This document shows positions 57,320 to 64,000 of a stretch of DNA of 64,000 nucleotides, piece after piece. Position numbers and translations under genes: made by a program. Each line of letters begins with the position of its first letter. Positions within the stretch are counted from its first letter, which is position 1. The stretch lies in assembly GCF_056712565.1 (NCBI RefSeq), contig NZ_CM160072.1; one strand, 5' to 3'. Under the pieces are notes generated by a model. The model did not search any database. It was not told the origin of the DNA and worked only from the letters and a program-made list of their open reading frames with translations.

Positions 57320-58736
57320 GATGGTTCTCCTTTGCGACGATCTCCGCCAGTGCACGTACAGCGGCGACAAAACAGGCCATCGGCGCAGTGGTGATCCCGG
57401 CACCAATTTGCCCGACCCCCGCTTGTTTGTGGGCGATACCCGTATTGATGACCGGTAAAATGCCGCGATCGGTCACTTTACGCGCATCAATTCCTGCTGC
57501 GGTGGGGGCAAAATTGAGGGCTGGAAGTGTAAATGCGGGGTTACCGCCGAGGGTGATGGCTTGCATCCGACGGCTGTTATTGGTGGCATCGGCAGGGGTG
57601 CCTCCCACAAATTTGACGATCGCCGGAGACGACGCCATCGCGAAGCCACCCATACCTGCGGTTTCAGTAATTGCGCTATCACCCAGGTCAGCAGCAGCGT
57701 CGTCAACGCCAAATCCGGGGAAGAACAGACCTTCAACGGCATTGGCAGGAGCCTGGAACCAGCGATCGCTAGTACCGGAAAGCCGAATACCAAAACTCAC
57801 CCCGTTACGCGCCATCACCGTAACCATTGAACTGAACGGTACATTGGCGGCGGCATCCATCATTGCTTTACAGGCGGCCATCGACAGATTGAGGAAGAAG
57901 TGATCGTTACCGGTGATAAATGCCACGACGCGCTGGATATGTTCCTGTGGAAGAGAGCAGGCCAGCAATGCCGGGAGCAGGCGCTTAATCAGCAAACCGG
58001 TAGCGGCAGCATTGCGGTTATGAACTTCATCCCCCATATGCAGCGCCTGCGCCATTAATGGCTTGAGTTCCAGCTCGCCGTGTTGTGCGATTGCTGCTTT
58101 CATTGCCGGCGCCAGTTCATCGCGCATCCAGGCCAGACGATTGAGAACTTCATCGTTATTGGCGCCAAAACGGAGAACCTTACCCAGACCTTCATTGAAA
58201 TTGCTAAAAGTACGATGGCCGTTGGTTTTGTTTTCTACCACCCATAACGGCATCGACGGGCTGATGATGCCTGCCATTGGGCCAACCGCGTGATAATGAT
58301 GACAAGGGGCAAGGTCGATTTCGCCTGCGTTTATTTGGTTTTCAGCGTCTTGCTGGCTGGTGGCCCAACCTTCGTACAGCATGGCACCAATAATCGCCCC
58401 TTTTACCGGACCACACATCTCTTCCCAGGCAATCGGCGGGCCAGAGTGCAAAATACGTTTTTGTTCAGCCATTGCTGGAATGGCCTCTTTAGCGAGCATG
58501 ACATCCACCAGCATGGGCTGTGCTTCGAGATAACGTGTCATGGCGATTTGGTTGGCATTTTCTACCAGGGGATGACGTAGCAACGATGCCAGATCCAATC
58601 CAGCGTCAATATCGCCTTGTGCTGGTGGCTGCCAGTTGAGTGCAATTGCGCTTCCCCCGGCATGTTGAATATTGTCAGCAAAACTGTGTAGTCCCGCGTT
58701 CACAACCTTCAAAGGCTGATTAAATAAGGTATTCAT
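57312..58736 (-). CDS. DUF1116-family protein (YlbE-like)
   Basis: 474 aa; start immediately follows the FdrA-like stop; assignment mainly from size and operon context. Confidence 0.5.
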   Translation of the reverse strand: MNTLFNQPLKVVNAGLHSFADNIQHAGGSAIALNWQPPAQGDIDAGLDLASLLRHPLVENANQIAMTRYLEAQPMLVDVMLAKEAIPAMAEQKRILHSGPPIAWEEMCGPVKGAIIGAMLYEGWATSQQDAENQINAGEIDLAPCHHYHAVGPMAGIISPSMPLWVVENKTNGHRTFSNFNEGLGKVLRFGANNDEVLNRLAWMRDELAPAMKAAIAQHGELELKPLMAQALHMGDEVHNRNAAATGLLIKRLLPALLACSLPQEHIQRVVAFITGNDHFFLNLSMAACKAMMDAAANVPFSSMVTVMARNGVSFGIRLSGTSDRWFQAPANAVEGLFFPGFGVDDAAADLGDSAITETAGMGGFAMASSPAIVKFVGGTPADATNNSRRMQAITLGGNPAFTLPALNFAPTAAGIDARKVTDRGILPVINTGIAHKQAGVGQIGAGITTAPMACFVAAVRALAEIVAKENHHG

Positions 58737-60292
58737 GCGTTTAGCCCCTTTTTCTGCAACTGAGTCTGTGCAACGGTGCTGGCCCATAGCGCCGCCTGTG
58801 CATTGCTGCTGGCGATGATGACCCCTGCATTTTGTAGTGCTCTTATCTGCTGACTGCGTATTTGCGGATCAGCTTCCGTTCCGCAAACGTGCGCAATCAG
58901 CAACGGTGCGTTATTCATGTCGATGTGTGAAAGTTGGTCCAGTAATTCGCTGGCAGGCGCCGTGGAAGCGCCATAACCAAGTACCAGGTCGAATAACACG
59001 ACGGCAGTGTGTGAGTCGTTGAGTTCGTTGAGCAGACGTTGATTGCGCAGAGTCGGGTCGATCATTGGATGCGGTTTGCCACGGGTGAAATCATCGTCGC
59101 CCATATCGATCAACGTGTGATCTTCGCTTTGCCAGATATTTGCCAGAGCACGATTACCCGCAACTGGCGTATTGGAAGCTGCGCTGAATCCCTTTTGTTG
59201 GCAGATAAGTTGCGCTTCGTAGCAGAAGGTTCCTCCGGCGAAAACACCGCGTATCGCCTGGCGATGGGCTGGCAGGCGCTGACAGGCGTTTTGTAACATT
59301 GTGAGATCGGCGCAGGAAATCTCGGTCTCGACAGCCGGAAGTGGCTGAGCATTCAGTAACGCTACGGCGATATTTGCGGCGCTGGCAAGTGTGGTGGCCG
59401 CGGTGATATTGGGACGTGCCAGATCATGCGGATTCGCACCGAGGAAATTCACCACCACGGGTTTTCCACAAGCCTCGGCGCGCTCCAGAATAGTCTGGGC
59501 AACGATCGGTGAAGGCGGTTTTGAAATCAGCACAATCACGCGAGTTTCATCGTCTTGCGCCAGCGCATCTAAAGCGAAGAGCATCGATATTCCACCAATC
59601 TCTTCACTGAGATCATGCCCACCGGTTCCCAACGCCTGAGAAATACCCGCTCCGAGCTGGTCGATTCGGCAAGTCACTTCCTGTAGCCCGGTGCCTGACG
59701 CGCCAATAACACCAATTGCTCCGCGTTTCACCACATTAGCGAAGCCTAACGGAATGCCGTTAACAATGGCGGTTCCACAGTCAGGTCCCATTACGATGCG
59801 CTGACGTTCTCGGGCAAGCGTTTTGATAGATTTTTCCTGCCCGATACTGACGTTATCGCTGAACATCATCACGTTCATTCCGAGGTTTAACGCTTTAATT
59901 GCTTCGGCGGCGGCGTAGTCTCCCGGTACAGAAATGAGTGCCAGGTTGGCTTCGGGTTCGGCTTCCAGTGCCATTTCCAGGCTGACCTTTTCCGGTGTTT
60001 TAATGCCACTATCCGTTTCATCATCGGGTTTGCTGGTCAGACGTTGCTGGGCCAGTACCAGTGCTTCATTGCAAATATCTTCTTCACCCATGACTGCAAT
60101 CACTAAATCATTGGGACTGGCGTTGATTTCGTTACCCAGACCCGCATCGCGCAATTGTTCGAGATTATTGGGCGTTCCCATGACGACCGAGGCCTGTTGA
60201 ATACCGGGCAACTTGCTGATTTGCGCGGAAATCTGCATCAGAGAAACTGAGTCCTGATAAAGATTACTGAAAACTTTATATTTAACTTTCAT
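58733..60292 (-). CDS. FdrA-family protein (succinyl-CoA synthetase alpha-like fold)
   Basis: 519 aa; blocks YQDSVSLM, MMFSDNV, MGPDCGT, GVIGASGTG, PHPMIDPTLRNQ match E. coli FdrA. Confidence 0.75.
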   Translation of the reverse strand: MKVKYKVFSNLYQDSVSLMQISAQISKLPGIQQASVVMGTPNNLEQLRDAGLGNEINASPNDLVIAVMGEEDICNEALVLAQQRLTSKPDDETDSGIKTPEKVSLEMALEAEPEANLALISVPGDYAAAEAIKALNLGMNVMMFSDNVSIGQEKSIKTLARERQRIVMGPDCGTAIVNGIPLGFANVVKRGAIGVIGASGTGLQEVTCRIDQLGAGISQALGTGGHDLSEEIGGISMLFALDALAQDDETRVIVLISKPPSPIVAQTILERAEACGKPVVVNFLGANPHDLARPNITAATTLASAANIAVALLNAQPLPAVETEISCADLTMLQNACQRLPAHRQAIRGVFAGGTFCYEAQLICQQKGFSAASNTPVAGNRALANIWQSEDHTLIDMGDDDFTRGKPHPMIDPTLRNQRLLNELNDSHTAVVLFDLVLGYGASTAPASELLDQLSHIDMNNAPLLIAHVCGTEADPQIRSQQIRALQNAGVIIASSNAQAALWASTVAQTQLQKKGLNA

Positions 60293-60386
60293 GCTGTTAC
60301 GCCTGTTTCATTCCGCCCGATAGCAAAATTCGGGCAAAGCATCCCCGTGTAGCCCCATAAACGGGCTACGGGAGAAAAGGTTGAAA

Positions 60387-61247
60387 TCAATTCATGGTGT
60401 TCAGGGTTCGAAAGCCATGCAGCATTCCTGCAAGGCAATCTACTCCTGACGTTGCGCCAAATTGCATGACCTGTTCTGCACAGGATGCGATTGTCATTGC
60501 CGATGCGCTCCCAACCAGTTGTGCGAGTAACTGGCAAATCGGTTCTGAAAAATGTCCCTGAAGCGCACGCTCCAGATAATGACGACTGATATCCGTGGTG
60601 TTGTGCGCATGTTGATCAATTGCCTGCTGCAACCGGTATTGATGATCGGCAAGTGGTGCAGGGAGTTGCCATAACCAGAGCGCTGCCAGATAGCCCAACA
60701 AATAGTCATCTCCATCGGGCGTTAAGCCTTTACCAAAGCCGATCAGTTGTGGCACCTGGCGTTCCAGCGCATCTGGATGCTCCATAATTGCTAATCCCTG
60801 GTGCGTGAGACTATCCGGCAGGTGCAATGTGCTTTGAACGTTATGTTCCAGACAAAATAAAAGCCGTTGCGATGCCATCGTTGGGTAGTGCTGGAAAACC
60901 AAAGGGAATGCCTCAAGTGTCAGCATTCTCCCCACAAATGGCGACTGCCAGAGCGTTGCGTTTTCGAGCGCCACACAAAATCGAGGTGTCCGCAGTAAGC
61001 CTTGGGTTAACTGAATGGGATCTGAATGGGCAATCTCTCTTCGCCAGTCCCAACATTCAGGTAGCCAGACTCTGGCAGCATCAGGGAGATTCAGATACGT
61101 TTGCGCACACAACAGAGTGATGAATGTTCCCGCGTCTGAATACAGATTTACCGCATGTTTAAAAGCGCTATGTAGACGTAAATCTTGCGTTTCATTCTGC
61201 GGGAAAAGATATCCCAACGACGATGCGCAAAGCGTAACCTGTACCAT
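60387..61247 (-). CDS. hypothetical protein, possibly DUF2877 (YlbF-like)
   Basis: 286 aa; assignment inferred from position beside FdrA-like and DUF1116-like genes, not from a recognised motif. Confidence 0.4.
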   Translation of the reverse strand: MVQVTLCASSLGYLFPQNETQDLRLHSAFKHAVNLYSDAGTFITLLCAQTYLNLPDAARVWLPECWDWRREIAHSDPIQLTQGLLRTPRFCVALENATLWQSPFVGRMLTLEAFPLVFQHYPTMASQRLLFCLEHNVQSTLHLPDSLTHQGLAIMEHPDALERQVPQLIGFGKGLTPDGDDYLLGYLAALWLWQLPAPLADHQYRLQQAIDQHAHNTTDISRHYLERALQGHFSEPICQLLAQLVGSASAMTIASCAEQVMQFGATSGVDCLAGMLHGFRTLNTMN

Positions 61248-61252
61248 CGGCG

Positions 61253-61921
61253 TTAGCCTTCCAGACCTGCAATAATGGCTTTGGAATCAGTAACCCAACC
61301 GAAAATGGCACCTTGTGCTTTGATCATCTCGAGGGCGTATTTCTGGAATTCCGGGAAATAGGAGCCGACACAATCTTCCGGGATAATGCATTCATAGCCA
61401 CGATCATTTGCTTCGCGCACGGTGGTGGTTACGCAAACTTCGGTTGTTACACCACAAACTATCAGCGTCTTGATACCGTGGTTTTGCAAAATCAGATGTA
61501 AGTCGGTTTGATAAAACGCGCCTTTGCCAGGCTTATCAATCACCGGTTCGCCTGCCACCGGGTACAGTTCAGGAATGATGTCATGACCTGCTTCACCTCT
61601 GACCAGAATGCGTCCCATCGGTCCTGGTTCACCAATAAAGGTTTTTCCGCCGCGCGTCAGTTTGGCTGGCGGGCAGTCGCTTAAGTCTGCACGATGGCCT
61701 TCACGAGTATGAATAACCATAATTCCTTTTTGACGTGCGGCTGCCAGCACCTCTGTACATGGTGCGATAGCCGTGCGTACCAGTGAAACATCATTGCCCA
61801 GAGCCTCACCGAAGCCCCCTGCTTCGACAAAGTCACGCTGCATGTCGATCATGACCAGTGCAGTTGTGCGCGGATCAAAAGGTAATTCAAAGGGTTGAGC
61901 CTGAAAAATGGATTGCGTCAT
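61253..61921 (-). CDS. isochorismatase-family cysteine hydrolase (RutB/biuret hydrolase-like amidohydrolase)
   Basis: 222 aa; VMIDMQRDF start and VCGVTTEVCV catalytic-Cys region typical of the family; first gene of the operon. Confidence 0.7.
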   Translation of the reverse strand: MTQSIFQAQPFELPFDPRTTALVMIDMQRDFVEAGGFGEALGNDVSLVRTAIAPCTEVLAAARQKGIMVIHTREGHRADLSDCPPAKLTRGGKTFIGEPGPMGRILVRGEAGHDIIPELYPVAGEPVIDKPGKGAFYQTDLHLILQNHGIKTLIVCGVTTEVCVTTTVREANDRGYECIIPEDCVGSYFPEFQKYALEMIKAQGAIFGWVTDSKAIIAGLEG

Positions 61922-62177
61922 GGTAAATCTCCTGTCTGATGTTTAAACGATCCAGTTGTTCTGAGAACGAGTATTCAGGAGAAAAGCGACACAAAACAGG
62001 AAAAAAGTTTGCCGCACAGCAACGAAATTTTTGCATTCAGCAGGTGGTGTGATGACGAATGTGAAGGGAGTCAAAGAGTGGCATACAGCAACAAATTTTT
62101 TGATGCTGTATGGTTTTGAGATTAAAAAAATCGTTGAAATTGTGTGAGCTTAATCATCAGATTTAGCGACTATGGCG

Positions 62178-62987
62178 TTACTTTTTAACACCATACTGTG
62201 TAAACCATTCCAACATTCGCTGCCAGCCGTCTTTCGCAGATTCGGCATGATAGCTCGGACGATAATCGGCGTTGAACGCATGCCCTGCATCCGGGTACAC
62301 GATAATCTCTGCTTTCGCGTTTGCTGCCCGCAGCGCCTGGCGCATCGTTTCCACGCTCTCTTGCGGAATGCTGTTATCCTGGCCGCCATATAAGCCGAGA
62401 ACCGGAGCGTTAAGATCGGTTGCGATATCAACAGGTTGTTTCGGTGAATTCAGCGACTTATCGCCCGTCAGTTTGCCGTACCACGCCACTGCGGCTTTTA
62501 GCTGTGGATTATGCGCGGCATACAGCCAGGTGATACGTCCACCCCAGCAGAATCCGGTGATCATTAAACGATGAACATCGCCGCCGTTGCGGGAAGCCCA
62601 ACTGGCGACATGATCGAGATCGGCCAGCACCTGCGAGTCAGGCACTTTTGCTACCAGACCGCTAAGCAACGTGGGGATATCGGCAAAATCATTCGGATCG
62701 CCTTCGCGGAAGTAAAGTTCAGGTGCGATAGCCAGATACCCCTCCAGCGCCAGACGGCGACAAATGTCGCGGATATGTTCATGCACGCCAAAAATTTCCT
62801 GCACTACAATGACCACTGGCAGTGGGCCATCGCTTTGCTTTGGTCTGGCATGGTAAGCAGGCATGTTATCCCCTTGTGAAGGGATAGAGGTGAAGCCCGC
62901 CACAATCGCGTCGTCCGGAGTCTGAACGATGGTCGAAGCGAGAGGCGATGCAGCAGGTGCAAATCCAGATTGTTGTGTTGTTGCCAT
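62178..62987 (-). CDS. ysgA: dienelactone hydrolase-family protein
   Basis: Start placed at MATTQQSGF with GGAG about 8 nt upstream; conserved neighbour of udp. Confidence 0.7.
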   Translation of the reverse strand: MATTQQSGFAPAASPLASTIVQTPDDAIVAGFTSIPSQGDNMPAYHARPKQSDGPLPVVIVVQEIFGVHEHIRDICRRLALEGYLAIAPELYFREGDPNDFADIPTLLSGLVAKVPDSQVLADLDHVASWASRNGGDVHRLMITGFCWGGRITWLYAAHNPQLKAAVAWYGKLTGDKSLNSPKQPVDIATDLNAPVLGLYGGQDNSIPQESVETMRQALRAANAKAEIIVYPDAGHAFNADYRPSYHAESAKDGWQRMLEWFTQYGVKK

Positions 62988-63107
62988 GGTATTCTCCGTA
63001 CCCTTATAAAAATGTTGCGCAATGTTAACTATAGTCAGCATGCAACAAATCACATTGCCTGAATCGGCTCATCTTTTATGCAGTCCTGCAGAATGAAGAG
63101 TGATTTA

Positions 63108-63174
63108 TGTGATTTGCATCACTTTTGATGGGTAAATTTATGCAACACATTTTCGTCATGGTGATGAGTATCAC
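63108..63174. promoter_or_regulatory. udp promoter region with two CRP sites (CytR/CRP-type architecture)
   Basis: TGTGAtttgcaTCACT at 63108..63123 and gGTGAtgagtaTCACg at 63159..63174, centres about 51 bp apart. Confidence 0.6.
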
Positions 63175-63248
63175 GAAAAAATGTTAAACCCTTCGGTAAA
63201 GTGTCTTTTTGCTTCTTCTGACTAAACCGATTCACAGAGGAGTTGTAT

Positions 63249-64000
63249 ATGTCCAAGTCTGATGTTTTTCATCTCGGCCTCACTAAAAACGATTTACAAG
63301 GGGCTACGCTTGCCATCGTCCCTGGCGACCCGGATCGTGTGGAAAAGATCGCCGCGCTGATGGATAAGCCGGTTAAGCTGGCATCTCACCGCGAATTCAC
63401 CACCTGGCGTGCAGAGCTGGATGGTAAACCTGTTATCGTCTGCTCTACCGGTATCGGCGGCCCGTCTACCTCTATTGCTGTTGAAGAGCTGGCACAGCTG
63501 GGCATTCGCACCTTCCTGCGTATCGGTACAACGGGCGCTATTCAGCCGCATATTAATGTGGGTGATGTCCTGGTTACCACGGCGTCTGTTCGTCTGGATG
63601 GCGCGAGCCTGCACTTCGCACCGCTGGAATTCCCGGCTGTCGCTGATTTCGAATGTACGACTGCGCTGGTTGAAGCTGCGAAATCCATTGGCGCGACGAC
63701 TCACGTTGGCGTGACAGCTTCTTCTGATACCTTCTACCCAGGTCAGGAACGTTACGATACTTACTCTGGTCGCGTAGTTCGTCACTTTAAAGGTTCTATG
63801 GAAGAGTGGCAGGCGATGGGCGTAATGAACTATGAAATGGAATCTGCAACCCTGCTGACCATGTGTGCAAGTCAGGGCCTGCGTGCCGGTATGGTAGCGG
63901 GGGTTATCGTTAACCGCACCCAGCAAGAGATCCCGAATGCTGAGACGATGAAACAAACCGAAAGCCATGCGGTGAAAATCGTGGTGGAAGCGGCGCGTCG
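63249..64000 (+). CDS. udp: uridine phosphorylase (3' end beyond window)
   Basis: ATG at 63249; [31 protein letters not shown]; open to end of window. Confidence 0.85.
   Translation, partial: MSKSDVFHLGLTKNDLQGATLAIVPGDPDRVEKIAALMDKPVKLASHREFTTWRAELDGKPVIVCSTGIGGPSTSIAVEELAQLGIRTFLRIGTTGAIQPHINVGDVLVTTASVRLDGASLHFAPLEFPAVADFECTTALVEAAKSIGATTHVGVTASSDTFYPGQERYDTYSGRVVRHFKGSMEEWQAMGVMNYEMESATLLTMCASQGLRAGMVAGVIVNRTQQEIPNAETMKQTESHAVKIVVEAAR

Noticed and set aside
46134-62177. Integrase, transposase or IS elements marking the island
   Set aside because: Searched the ORF translations for recombinase or transposase signatures and found none; xerC (25574..26470) is the housekeeping dimer-resolution recombinase

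Overview
This window reads as an Escherichia coli-type chromosomal segment: a conserved backbone interrupted by four accessory insertions, the largest a ~16 kb island between metE and ysgA. Gene identities come from my reading of the translated ORFs and from remembered K-12 gene order; no database search was run. The backbone runs from the 3' end of rffG through the ECA cluster (rffH-wecD-wecE-wzxE-wecF-wzyE-wecG), yifK, the argX-hisR-leuT-proM tRNA operon, aslB/aslA, the sRNA GlmZ, hemYXDC, cyaA, cyaY, yifL-dapF-yigA-xerC-yigB-uvrD, yigE, corA, rarD-yigI, pldA, recQ, rhtC/rhtB, pldB-yigL-yigM, metR/metE, ysgA and the start of udp. The insertions, judged against K-12 gene order from memory, are: (1) two tandem DKNYY-like repeat proteins between cyaY and yifL, one split by an in-frame amber codon; (2) a signal-peptide-bearing DUF62-like gene between uvrD and yigE; (3) an AT-rich two-gene module between corA and rarD replacing yigF/yigG; (4) the metE-ysgA island. 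That island holds an orphan Hcp-toxin fusion (also broken by an in-frame TAG) with two paralogous immunity-like genes, a PTS-SIS-transketolase sugar module with an RpiR regulator, and a seven-gene operon combining FdrA/DUF1116/DUF2877-like genes, carbamate kinase, an isochorismatase-like hydrolase, a GGCT-like protein and an NCS1 permease. I consider that operon the best candidate for an undescribed system: a predicted catabolic route for a ureido/N-carbamoyl compound with ATP recovery via carbamoyl phosphate. No integrase, transposase, IS element or CRISPR array was seen.
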